A DNA stretch of 32,000 nt from Thermofilum adornatum (lineage in GTDB: Archaea; Thermoproteota; Thermoprotei; Thermofilales; Thermofilaceae), in the NCBI RefSeq assembly GCF_000446015.1, contig NC_022093.1, positions 210,001-242,000 of the forward strand, given 5' to 3'. Numbering within the stretch: the first letter of the stretch is position 1; the number at the start of each line of letters is the position of its first letter. The notes under the pieces were generated by a model, which had not been told where the DNA came from, searched no databases, and saw nothing but the letters and a program-made list of their open reading frames with translations. Below, one piece after another: positions 24,558 to 32,000 of the stretch. The position numbers and the translations under genes were made by a program.

Positions 24558-25745
24558 ATGTTGCCCGTTGTTCTGGCAGCAGGTAATCCGAGACGGATGC
24601 TTCCTTTAAACGAGGGACACCATAAGTTCCTTTTAAAGGTTGCGGGAAATCCTATATTCCTTTATTCCCTCAAGAGTCTTCTAGACGTTTCTGGTGGAAG
24701 ATCCTTGCTTGTCATAGATAGGGATATGCCACAAGAAGAGGTTCAGAAATCTCTCACTGCTAGAAAACTCCAGGATAAAGTAGACCTAGTAATCCAGAAA
24801 GGGAGTAGTCTCGAAGAGGCTCTGAGACAGGTTATAGATGAGGCGAGTGAAGAGTGGTTTCTCGTAGCTTATGGAGACGTAATTGCTCCAGCTGACGCAT
24901 TCAAGCTCATGATAAAAACACATGAAGAGACACAGAGACCTGTAGCCCTCGTTATCCCTAGACCCGAAATAACTAGCTACGGTGTAGCATATGTGTCCGG
25001 TAAATCCTTAAAGAAAGTTATTTCTCCTGAGAAAGCACATGGAGAAGCAATTGACACGAGTTTTGTTCTTGGCGGAGTATTTATTTTGCCGAGACAAACC
25101 ATTGACCTATTAAATGACGGAAACAATTTCTACGAGGCAATGAATTACCTTATCGAGAGAATGGGGATAGAGATTGCCCTATGGAGCGGCTCGTGGGTCT
25201 CCGTTGATTATCCTTGGGATCTAATAAGTGCATTGTACGAAGTCCTTGGAACTGACTGTAAGACTGTTATTAGTCCCCGTGCAAAGGTTTCGCCTCTCGC
25301 CGTTCTTGAGGGGTGCGTAAAAGTTGAAGATTATGCTTTTATAGATCATTATGCCGTGATCAGGGGACCAGCCTATATAGGAAGAGGGGCCCTCGTAGGC
25401 AAGGGCGCATTTGTCAGGGAATTCACATCTTTAGAGGAGGGCAGTGTTGTCGGAGCACATACAGAAGTTAAGAGAAGCATTTTACAGGAAAAGGCCACTG
25501 CTGGAAGTTTTTCGTTAATCACGGACAGTGTTCTGGGGCCACAGAGTGTAGCAGAGCCGAGAACAACTGTTATCAGTGACCTTCCTAGTGATAGAAGAGT
25601 TTTACGGCCTTTGCCTTTGCAGGGTATTCTTTATGAAAAGCAGAAGTTGGGCGTGTTCCTCGCTCCCAGAGGCAGGATAAAGGCTGGAAGCATTGTTGGC
25701 CCAGGTGTAAAAATATTTAGAGATGGCGGTATCGAGCACATATAG
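24558..25745 (+). CDS. GlmU-like sugar-1-phosphate nucleotidyltransferase with a C-terminal left-handed beta-helix (acetyltransferase) domain
   Basis: MLPVVLAAGNPRRMLPL is a variant of the LAAG.G.R signature. Hexapeptide repeats appear in ...IRGPAYIGRGALVGKGAFVREFTSLEEGSVVGAHTEV. ATG 24558 lies 1 nt after the glmS stop, and the track start at 24459 overlaps glmS. Confidence 0.7.
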   Translation: MLPVVLAAGNPRRMLPLNEGHHKFLLKVAGNPIFLYSLKSLLDVSGGRSLLVIDRDMPQEEVQKSLTARKLQDKVDLVIQKGSSLEEALRQVIDEASEEWFLVAYGDVIAPADAFKLMIKTHEETQRPVALVIPRPEITSYGVAYVSGKSLKKVISPEKAHGEAIDTSFVLGGVFILPRQTIDLLNDGNNFYEAMNYLIERMGIEIALWSGSWVSVDYPWDLISALYEVLGTDCKTVISPRAKVSPLAVLEGCVKVEDYAFIDHYAVIRGPAYIGRGALVGKGAFVREFTSLEEGSVVGAHTEVKRSILQEKATAGSFSLITDSVLGPQSVAEPRTTVISDLPSDRRVLRPLPLQGILYEKQKLGVFLAPRGRIKAGSIVGPGVKIFRDGGIEHI

Positions 25746-25754
25746 GAGCTGGCT

Positions 25755-26879
25755 GTGTCACACCCGAAACTCAGTGTAATAATAACGGTGTATCGAGAGG
25801 CAAAAATGTTGCCAAGCCTACTAAGCCAGCTTTCCCGTCAGAAGACGAGTTTCCCTTATGAAATAATTGTAATGATAGATGAGCCTGCAGACAAAATCAT
25901 TAGCACTCTAATTGAAGAATATAGGGGTAGAAACGTTAGGTTTGACGTTTCACATGTGCGTAGGGGAAAAGTTAGCGCCCTGAATACAGCCATAGGATTG
26001 GCCAGGGGCGATGTATTAGTATTTTTAGACAATGACGTGGAAATTAGAGACGAGTTTTTCCTTGAAAAGATAAACCGCTGGATGGAAAAATTTGATATCG
26101 CAGAAATAAAGAAAAAGATACACATAGACAGTTTTCTTAGCCGTCTAGTATATTACGACTACGTCTCTTTCGGCGTTGCCAGCTATATTTTCGAGAAGCA
26201 TGTAAAAAGATGCGCCGGCCTAAACGGTGCAGCAATGGCTCTCACCAGGAAAGCCATCAAGGATCTTGGAGGATTCAAGAACTGTATACTGGAAGACATG
26301 GACATAGGATTTAGAAGCTACTTTACAGGCTATCCTTTCAAATACATATTTGACACCGAAGTTATTGTTTATTCTCCTCACAGCATAAGGGAATGGCTAA
26401 ATCAGCGGATGCGATGGTCTGTGGGGGCGTGGCTGTGGATCAGAGAGCACTTGTTTCATTTTGCCTATGCAGGAAACAGGCACAATGTAGAAGAAAGCCT
26501 GGCCGCTCTTTTCGCTATGTTTCCGGGAAGCATCTTTTTTGCTTCAATGTTTTTTGCGAGCGATACCCCACTTGTTAAAACTCTCCCTTTTGTTCTCTCC
26601 CTGTTTGGAGGTCTGATCGCCCCGGTGATACCAATAATGACGATCTTCGAAATGTTTACTTCGCTCCTTCCACCATTCATTTTCGTATTTCTTGTTCTCC
26701 TAGTGTTATACTCGTTATTAGTGTTGCCGATTTCAGTAAAACTGGGCTTCCAGGTGCACTTAGTAAATTTTTTGTTGTATCTGTTTGTTTATTCTCCACT
26801 TTGGTTTTCAGTGCTTATAGCGGCCTTCATAAGGGTGTTTATTTTCCAGAAGAAAGATATATCAGGGTGGAAAATATAA
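25755..26879 (+). CDS. family 2 glycosyltransferase, processive type, with a C-terminal multi-TM region
   Basis: SVIITVYRE, FLDNDVEI (DxD), LEDMDIGFR and QRMRWSVGAW (Q(Q/R)xRW). The last ~120 aa are hydrophobic. GTG start. Confidence 0.8.
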   Translation: MSHPKLSVIITVYREAKMLPSLLSQLSRQKTSFPYEIIVMIDEPADKIISTLIEEYRGRNVRFDVSHVRRGKVSALNTAIGLARGDVLVFLDNDVEIRDEFFLEKINRWMEKFDIAEIKKKIHIDSFLSRLVYYDYVSFGVASYIFEKHVKRCAGLNGAAMALTRKAIKDLGGFKNCILEDMDIGFRSYFTGYPFKYIFDTEVIVYSPHSIREWLNQRMRWSVGAWLWIREHLFHFAYAGNRHNVEESLAALFAMFPGSIFFASMFFASDTPLVKTLPFVLSLFGGLIAPVIPIMTIFEMFTSLLPPFIFVFLVLLVLYSLLVLPISVKLGFQVHLVNFLLYLFVYSPLWFSVLIAAFIRVFIFQKKDISGWKI

Positions 26880-26890
26880 TTCACTTTTTG

Positions 26891-26946
26891 GATGTGATGA
26901 GGGAAGAGACGCCTGAAATAGTTGATGAATACACTAGAGGCTGAGC
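26891..26946 (+). ncRNA. box C/D sRNA (2'-O-methylation guide)
   Basis: C box GTGATGA at 26894-26900, a 12-nt guide GGGAAGAGACGC, and D' box CTGA at 26913-26916. After a 6-nt spacer comes C' box TGATGA at 26923-26928, a 12-nt guide ATACACTAGAGG, and D box CTGA at 26941-26944. The element lies in the 71-nt gap between convergent genes, with a T5 run at 26957-26961. Confidence 0.75.
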
Positions 26947-26950
26947 TTTA

Positions 26951-27457
26951 TCACTGTTTTTGCGTGGCTGTTAGGGCCTTGAGAATCAAGTTTTCCCTTT
27001 CGCGTAGAAGAGACTCAATATCATTGACTAGAGTTATTGCCTCGTTGACTTTTTCTAAAAGCTCTTTGGGTTCCAGTGTAGGGCTTAGAATTATCACTTT
27101 TTCGAACATTCTAGAGGTATAGGTTAATAGCTGAGCATCTTCTTCGAGGATTTTTGGGACCAGTTCCTCGTTTACGCTTGGCAATTTATTTGTGTCCGAG
27201 GTATAGGAGTACCTCTTCAATAGCTGGGCAACCTTCAGGAGCTCGATACGGAGATCATCAAGCCTCAGTCCAACAGAGACGTTTTTCTGTTTGACAAATG
27301 CCGATATTCTCTCCACCCTTATACGGGCTTCATCAACCAAAGATAGCAATCTTTTACGTACCAGCTTATCATCTTGGAAAAACGTGTTGGCTTTATAGCC
27401 CGTAAAACCTGGAACTGCACCTGAAATCTTTTCAACCAGCTCCGAAACATTACTCAT
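26951..27457 (-). CDS. hypothetical protein (168 aa), predicted helical / coiled-coil
   Basis: Intact ORF. Heptad-like L/E/K/R-rich sequence. I recognise no family. Confidence 0.55.
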   Translation of the reverse strand: MSNVSELVEKISGAVPGFTGYKANTFFQDDKLVRKRLLSLVDEARIRVERISAFVKQKNVSVGLRLDDLRIELLKVAQLLKRYSYTSDTNKLPSVNEELVPKILEEDAQLLTYTSRMFEKVIILSPTLEPKELLEKVNEAITLVNDIESLLRERENLILKALTATQKQ

Positions 27458-27579
27458 TCTGACACCCTGAGGCTTGGTTAAGTTGGTGATAATAGGAAAT
27501 ATATTTTTGTCTTCAAAGAAGAAATAAAAGAAAAAAATATTTTGTTTTGGTTCGCTCTAGTGCTCCTAGTGCTAGTTGT

Positions 27580-27741
27580 TTACTGTTTTACGCGGCCTAC
27601 GAACCTGTAGACTGTTGTGCCACAGTTGGGGCAGGTGCCCTTGTAGGCGAGCCTTCCGTTCTTGAGAGTTACTTGCTGTGGGTTCTTCATCTCAACGGTT
27701 TTGCGGCATTTAACACAGTATGCTGTTATTTTTTCTGGCAT
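27580..27741 (-). CDS. small zinc-ribbon protein, DUF5679-like
   Basis: MPEKITAYCVKCRKTVEMKNPQQVTLKNGRLAYKGTCPNCGTTVYRF carries the CxKC...CPxCG pattern of the DUF5679 family. The start is probably the second Met (27741) rather than 27765. Confidence 0.75.
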   Translation of the reverse strand: MPEKITAYCVKCRKTVEMKNPQQVTLKNGRLAYKGTCPNCGTTVYRFVGRVKQ

Positions 27742-27914
27742 ATTTGTCGCCAATAACTTTTTCACATGAGAGGTATATATTCCTTACGCTTCAATTTTTC
27801 TCTTTTTGTGAAAAGATAATCTTTTTTGCCGTAGTTTCTAAAAAGAGATTTTTTATTCCAATTAATAAAAGAGACCATTTTTAAAAAGAGATTTTTTTAA
27901 TTTTCTTAGTTTTC

Positions 27915-27982
27915 CCATAGGTAACTTCAATCGGAAGAGACCAACCTATGGAAATGTTTTTATTTGACAGTGTCATAGGTAA
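27915..27982. promoter_or_regulatory. candidate operator set: inverted repeat CCATAGGT (27915-27922) / ACCTATGG (27944-27951) plus a third copy CATAGGTAA (27974-27982; first copy 27916-27924)
   Basis: Read directly. The third copy lies between a TTTTTATTT element (about 27956-27964) and the GTG start at 27997. Confidence 0.4.
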
Positions 27983-27996
27983 TTCCTAGATGCAAG

Positions 27997-28308
27997 GTGT
28001 CTAGGTTTAAGGCTCCATGCGAGGAAATTAGCAAAGAATGGTTGCCAGCTGTTAGAGGTCTCCTGGTCGAGTACCTTTATCGTGAGGAAAAAAAGTCGCA
28101 GGCTCAGATAGCAAAGTTGCTTGGAATCAGTCAGTCAAGTGTAAGTAGATATCTGAACGAGCAAAGAGGAGTGTATAGGGGGAAATTTGAGAATATACCT
28201 GGCTTCTCGGAGAAAATAAAAGAAATCATCAAAGAGGTTGAGGCTGGAAAGTTGAGGGGCGGGGAGGCTCTCTGCCTTATATGTCGCTATGTCAGGTCGA
28301 CTGTTTAG
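27997..28308 (+). CDS. small HTH transcriptional regulator, paralog of the ThiR N-terminal DNA-binding domain
   Basis: EWLPAVRGLLVEYL...KSQAQIAKLLGISQSSVSRYLNEQ...CLICRYV aligns by eye with ThiR VFIPYLRKLLILEL...MSQTDIARLTGVTQAAVSKVLNKE...CFICTKV. Confidence 0.7.
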   Translation: MSRFKAPCEEISKEWLPAVRGLLVEYLYREEKKSQAQIAKLLGISQSSVSRYLNEQRGVYRGKFENIPGFSEKIKEIIKEVEAGKLRGGEALCLICRYVRSTV

Positions 28309-29734
28309 CAAGCTTGTCAAGAATCTCGCCGAAGATTTTAAGGCTTCTGGACGTTGGTTCAAGGTACGAGTCTACGCTTTCGGGTTTTTCACCTTCTTTT
28401 TGGCTTGTCGCAAAGATTATTAGACTTCCTCTTCCACTTCTTCTCGGGAAGGTTTCATAGTCTTGCTGAGGTATTTTTATGACGTCTTTGTCTGGGTCAA
28501 CGTTTTCAATGATTGTCTTGAGGAGCTGGAGGTGATTGTGTATGTTTGTGTTTGGTCCAACAAGAATAATCGTGTCTGTATATGGGTTTAGGGTTTTTGA
28601 AAGAGAGAGAAGATTTATACCTGTATTAATTAGTTTTTCCCTTTTGAATGTGTTAACTTTTGCCACCACGGTTCTAAACGCGTCGTTGCCGAGAAATGTT
28701 AGGTCTATTACATTTGGAAGCAGGTTTTTGTAGTTAAGTAGGAATATTTTCTCAACGAGCCTAAACAGCTCTGCTATGTCGCTTTGTGTCGGATGAATTG
28801 TTGAGTAGTATATTATTGGATTGCTTTCCATCAGGATCTTTTTAGCATGAATGACTGGCATTGGTGTCCCACCTAGTATGTCTCCATTTTCGTAGAGCAT
28901 TTTTCCTTCTGGGCGCTCGTCTCCTGGGACAATCTCGCCTATAACAGTTGTTTGGAACGAAAAGGGGACGTATATGTTGTCTTCTAGCTTGGTCGTTGCT
29001 AGTTTGGTTTCAGAAATCACGCCAGCGAGCAGTAGTTTTTCTGTAAAGGACAGCCAGGAGAGAAATGCTGGAGGATATATACTTGCTGGTGCTCCAAGAA
29101 CAACAGCAATCTTTAAGGGTTTTCCTCGCCTTGATGCTTCCTCTATTAAGTGTTGTATTCTGGAATTCCTGGGTACGTGTAGCAACATTGTTTTTTCGTC
29201 TACTACTTGAACCCTTTGAACTGTAATTTCCGTCTCGTCTATGCTATCCAAAGTGGCGATTATAAGTGGATTGGTCATTACAGGATACTCCTCTTGAGAA
29301 CTGTGCTTTAATGCCGGAATTAATGTGAGGTCTAGGTCGTAGCCTTGGAGAACCCTAATCGTGGAGCTTTGGAACTCTTTTACATCTGGATAGTAGTCTG
29401 CTATCCACGCTAGGGATGCAAGTAGATGAAGTTTGTCTTTCTGAATAGGGGAGAGAGGTTCAATTAGGCTTACCACTCTCGATGCCCGATTTATTATTTG
29501 TTCCTCGGACCCGGCGTTGAGAGCTAAATGGATTTTCTTGTAAAATACGTTCGTCAGAACTCTGGGTGTTTTTCCTGAGACTTTGCTGTATAGTAGAGCA
29601 TGGTCAAAATGCTTCGCAAGCTCAATGGATAGCCATGGTATCTCGAAGTCTGGCGAAACTTCATTATTTATTTCGAGGAGTTTTCCTCTCTGGAAGAAGG
29701 CCATTAATAAATCGCTTATAGTCAAATGTTTCAC
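28292..29734 (-). CDS. UbiD-family (prFMN-dependent decarboxylase) like protein, divergent
   Basis: The N-terminus LLMAFFQRGKLLEINNEVSPDFEIPWLS...ALLYSKVSGKTPRVLTNVF follows the UbiD pattern. DERPEG...PVIHAKKILMESNPIIYYSTIHPTQSD parallels UbiD ERPEGPFGE..GYY...AITHR.NPIY. The EGPFGE.TGY core is replaced by EGKMLYENGDILG. Confidence 0.6.
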   Translation of the reverse strand: MKHLTISDLLMAFFQRGKLLEINNEVSPDFEIPWLSIELAKHFDHALLYSKVSGKTPRVLTNVFYKKIHLALNAGSEEQIINRASRVVSLIEPLSPIQKDKLHLLASLAWIADYYPDVKEFQSSTIRVLQGYDLDLTLIPALKHSSQEEYPVMTNPLIIATLDSIDETEITVQRVQVVDEKTMLLHVPRNSRIQHLIEEASRRGKPLKIAVVLGAPASIYPPAFLSWLSFTEKLLLAGVISETKLATTKLEDNIYVPFSFQTTVIGEIVPGDERPEGKMLYENGDILGGTPMPVIHAKKILMESNPIIYYSTIHPTQSDIAELFRLVEKIFLLNYKNLLPNVIDLTFLGNDAFRTVVAKVNTFKREKLINTGINLLSLSKTLNPYTDTIILVGPNTNIHNHLQLLKTIIENVDPDKDVIKIPQQDYETFPRRSGRGSLIIFATSQKEGEKPESVDSYLEPTSRSLKIFGEILDKLAKQST

Positions 29735-29741
29735 CGGCAGA

Positions 29742-30167
29742 TTAGTAGCTTACGCGGAATCTTTCTTCAACTCTCTGTTGTTGCTCTCTTGGGACAAAGA
29801 ATAGTGGGTTTATTTTACCCGTCTCGGAGAGGTTTAGCAACATGTCTCTGAAGGCAGCAGTGTGTTTGATGTCTAGCTCTAGTAGTTTCTTGAGGATTTC
29901 CCAGACGTTCTTTTGGACTTCTAGCAACATTTCTCGGGGCATATGTCCCACGATGAATGGGTCCTGGAGCCATTTGTCGAAAGCTTCGATTGTCTTTATC
30001 ATGTGGTTAAAGGCCGTCCTCGTGGCAAGTATTAGTTCCAGTCTATCTGAAGTTTCAAGGTCTTTTTCCATGCTTGTTACAGTGTCGAGGAACGTTTTCT
30101 GCGCTTCTATCCAGTTTGTCAAGTTGTTTGCAAAGAGTTTTACGAATTCGCTCAAATAATTCACCAT
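29742..30167 (-). CDS. hypothetical protein (141 aa)
   Basis: Intact, helical-looking ORF. Its stop lies 8 nt upstream of the UbiD-like start. Confidence 0.55.
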   Translation of the reverse strand: MVNYLSEFVKLFANNLTNWIEAQKTFLDTVTSMEKDLETSDRLELILATRTAFNHMIKTIEAFDKWLQDPFIVGHMPREMLLEVQKNVWEILKKLLELDIKHTAAFRDMLLNLSETGKINPLFFVPREQQQRVEERFRVSY

Positions 30168-30200
30168 GCTCTTTGTAGATTTTCTGTCTTAAAAGCTTGT

Positions 30201-31736
30201 TTATCTTTCGAGGGGCACTAGTCTGGTTGGCTGGTATTGTATTTTCTCTAATAGCATTCTTCTTCCAGCTGTTCTACCCACGAGGATGGGTGTGTTTTCT
30301 TCTATGAGCTTCTCGACGAGTTGTAGCTTTGCACTGCTCGATGAATAGATAGTTATAAGTGGTTGTCCTTTCTTGACCTTCTCTCCGAGTTTTACGTGAA
30401 TATATACTCCTGCCCCTTTGTCTATCGGCGCTCCAGCTGTTTTGCCAAGGGTTGCAAGGAAAGAGTTGTCAATATAGTAGACGAAGCCCGAGTCGTTTGC
30501 ATGCAAGGTATATGTCTTGTCGCCGAGAGTTATGTCTTCTGGCTGTATGTTTGGATCCCCTCCTTGTGCCTCGATGATTTCGCGAAGCTTCTTTTCAGCT
30601 TTTCCACTCTTCAAAGCCTCTATCGCCATCTCGTAGCCGTCTTTTTCGCCAACCATTTCCAAGAGTGTGCCTGCAAGGCTTGCAGCTTTGTCTACAAGAT
30701 CTGGAGGGTTAAGAGTTTTTAATGCTTGAAGTGCTTCTCTTGCCTCCAAGGCTGGTCCTATCGCATGCCCAATGGGTTCCTCTGCATATGTGGCCACTGT
30801 CTGGAGATTCATGTTTAGCATTTTCGCTATCTCGTGGAAGCTTTGTGAGATTCTTCGTGCCTCCTCGAGTGTCTTTACCTTTGTTCCTCTCCCAGTAGGG
30901 ATGTCTAAAACAATGTGTGTAGACCCGACGGCTAGCTTTTTTGCAAGGATGGATGGTATAAAGAAGGGGTCTATTCCCAAAGGGTATTCAACCCTTATTA
31001 TGATGTCGTCTGCTGGCGCCAGATTCAGAGAACCACCCCACACGATGCACCCGTTAGTTTTGTGTATTATTTCCTCGATTTCCTCTATCGAGAAGGTCAC
31101 TGGTGCTAAAACCTCCATCCTGTCTGCTGTTCCAGCTGCCGAGGTTATTGCCCTTGAGGAAGTTTTTGGTATGGTGTATCCTAGAGAGGCAATTATTGGA
31201 ACAACTAAAAGACTGGTCTTGTCTCCTGGCACTCCTCCCAAACTATGCTTGTCAAGTATTGGCTTCTTTTTAAGGTTTAGTGTTTGCCCCGTATTTACCA
31301 TGGAGATTGTGAAGTCATAGATCTCGGAGGGAACCATTCCCTGGAAGTGAACTGCTGTAACGAATGCCGCTAGTTCTAGCTCGCTTAGTTTTCCCTCGAC
31401 AATATCTTTAACCAGGAGATAGATTTCGTCAGACTCAAGTTTTAGGCCTTGGAGTTTTTTCCTTATTATCTGGAGGGAAAGTGGTGGGCTTGTTGCCTCT
31501 ACCTCGACTTCGTCTCCTTCGGATATGCCTAAGACCCTCGCCAGGTTTGTATAAATTCCTATGGAGTCGATTGGGAAATCCTTTGCCGTATTGACGATCG
31601 CTGTTAATGAACGCCCGTTAAACCTGACAATTACGCGATCCCCTAGCTTGACGTCAAGCTTCTTTGCTACATTATGGTCAAGTATAACAGTAAAATTCGC
31701 CGATTCAAATGGAAGCAAGCGAGTTTTCAGCTTCAT
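30201..31736 (-). CDS. deoA: AMP phosphorylase (archaeal thymidine-phosphorylase-family enzyme with an N-terminal extension)
   Basis: MKLKTRLL...ILDHNVAKKLDVKLGDRV is an N-terminal domain typical of AMP phosphorylases. DKHSLGGVPGDKTSLLVVPIIASLG is the glycosyl-transferase family 3 core. About 510 aa. Met at 31736 is preferred over the track start at 31751. Confidence 0.85.
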   Translation of the reverse strand: MKLKTRLLPFESANFTVILDHNVAKKLDVKLGDRVIVRFNGRSLTAIVNTAKDFPIDSIGIYTNLARVLGISEGDEVEVEATSPPLSLQIIRKKLQGLKLESDEIYLLVKDIVEGKLSELELAAFVTAVHFQGMVPSEIYDFTISMVNTGQTLNLKKKPILDKHSLGGVPGDKTSLLVVPIIASLGYTIPKTSSRAITSAAGTADRMEVLAPVTFSIEEIEEIIHKTNGCIVWGGSLNLAPADDIIIRVEYPLGIDPFFIPSILAKKLAVGSTHIVLDIPTGRGTKVKTLEEARRISQSFHEIAKMLNMNLQTVATYAEEPIGHAIGPALEAREALQALKTLNPPDLVDKAASLAGTLLEMVGEKDGYEMAIEALKSGKAEKKLREIIEAQGGDPNIQPEDITLGDKTYTLHANDSGFVYYIDNSFLATLGKTAGAPIDKGAGVYIHVKLGEKVKKGQPLITIYSSSSAKLQLVEKLIEENTPILVGRTAGRRMLLEKIQYQPTRLVPLER

Positions 31737-31808
31737 GGGTAGCCACCGCAAGGAAAGGGAATTTTATTATCCACAAGGTAATATATTAACTTTTCCCTCT
31801 AAAAATAA

Positions 31809-31815
31809 TTTAAAT
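31809..31815 (+). promoter_or_regulatory. TATA-like box TTTAAAT about 28 nt upstream of the aor ATG
   Basis: The spacing fits a leaderless transcript starting near 31840. Confidence 0.45.
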
Positions 31816-31839
31816 ACAAGAGTTGCAAATTAGTAATGT

Positions 31840-32000
31840 ATGACAACAAAAGGTTGGTGGGGGAAGCTTTTATGGATTGACCTTTCCCGCAGAGAGGCGA
31901 AACAGGTAGAAATCGACAAAAACCTTCTATCAAGCTACGTTGGCGGGAGGGGGCTGGCTGTCAGGCTCCTATGGGACTATACGCGCCCCGGGATCGACCC
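31840..32000 (+). CDS. aor: aldehyde:ferredoxin oxidoreductase family (tungstopterin enzyme), 5' fragment running off the window
   Basis: My own translation is MTTKGWWGKLLWIDLSRREAKQVEIDKNLLSSYVGGRGLAVRLLWDYTRPGIDP. This matches the AOR N-terminal pattern (G.WG..L.V.L......V..........LGGRGLA..LL......DP). Confidence 0.8.
   Translation, partial: MTTKGWWGKLLWIDLSRREAKQVEIDKNLLSSYVGGRGLAVRLLWDYTRPGID

Noticed and set aside
26922-27122. 66-aa plus-strand ORF
   Set aside because: It starts inside the box C/D sRNA (its start codon lies in the C' box region). It runs antisense to the 168-aa ORF.
27557-27574. Tandem 9-mer CTAGTGCTC / CTAGTGCTA just downstream of the DUF5679 gene
   Set aside because: The duplication is real but tiny, with only two copies. 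It is probably slippage with no inferable function.
30363-31320. 119-aa and 182-aa plus-strand ORFs
   Set aside because: They are antisense to the AMP phosphorylase gene, which has unambiguous family motifs.
31737-31751. Five-codon extension (MRWLP) of deoA
   Set aside because: The AMP phosphorylase N-terminus normally starts at MKLK..., and the TATA spacing fits 31736 better. This is a minor point.
1-32000. Checked for CRISPR arrays, tRNA and rRNA genes, transposases, integrases, toxin-antitoxin pairs and known defence genes
   Set aside because: I found no repeat-spacer periodicity, no T-loop-like GGTTCGAATC sequences in the spacers, and no recognisable recombinase or defence-protein motifs in any ORF.

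Overview
The window is a densely packed archaeal chromosome segment that looks crenarchaeal (Thermoproteota-type hyperthermophile). Supporting signals are AMP phosphorylase, a tungsten AOR, a ThiR-type regulator, a box C/D sRNA, and TATA boxes about 25-30 nt upstream of start codons, which suggests leaderless mRNAs. I call about 37 protein genes and one ncRNA. I found no rRNA, tRNA, CRISPR array, transposase or integrase. Gene order: (1) 55-903 is a long non-coding, partly AT-rich region containing a 25-nt palindrome. (2) 1.4-7.7 kb is a compositionally distinct block, G+T-rich and A-poor on the coding strand with higher G+C. It carries an MtaD/DadD-like deaminase, two paralogous PNP/UDP-family nucleoside phosphorylases split by an FkbM methyltransferase, an orphan ECF S-component and a PH-domain membrane protein. 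(3) 7.7-11.7 kb holds a ykoE-ykoD-ykoC ECF transporter divergent from thiR, with the 11-mer ATAACnGAGTT present three times in the shared intergenic region. (4) Next come a TrmB-family regulator, then two adjacent radical SAM genes (B12-binding class and SPASM class) and a 91-aa ORF. (5) A dehydrogenase follows, then a four-gene translationally coupled operon led by a Ras/Rab-like small GTPase with three unrecognisable partners. This operon is my best candidate for an undescribed system. (6) The remainder holds an aminotransferase, glmS, a GlmU-like gene and a processive GT2, followed by a canonical box C/D sRNA. It then has a DUF5679 zinc ribbon, a stand-alone paralog of the ThiR DNA-binding domain, a deoA (AMP phosphorylase)/141-aa/divergent UbiD-like operon, and the 5' end of an aor gene. 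All functional calls rest on motif recognition by eye in the supplied translations. No database search was run.
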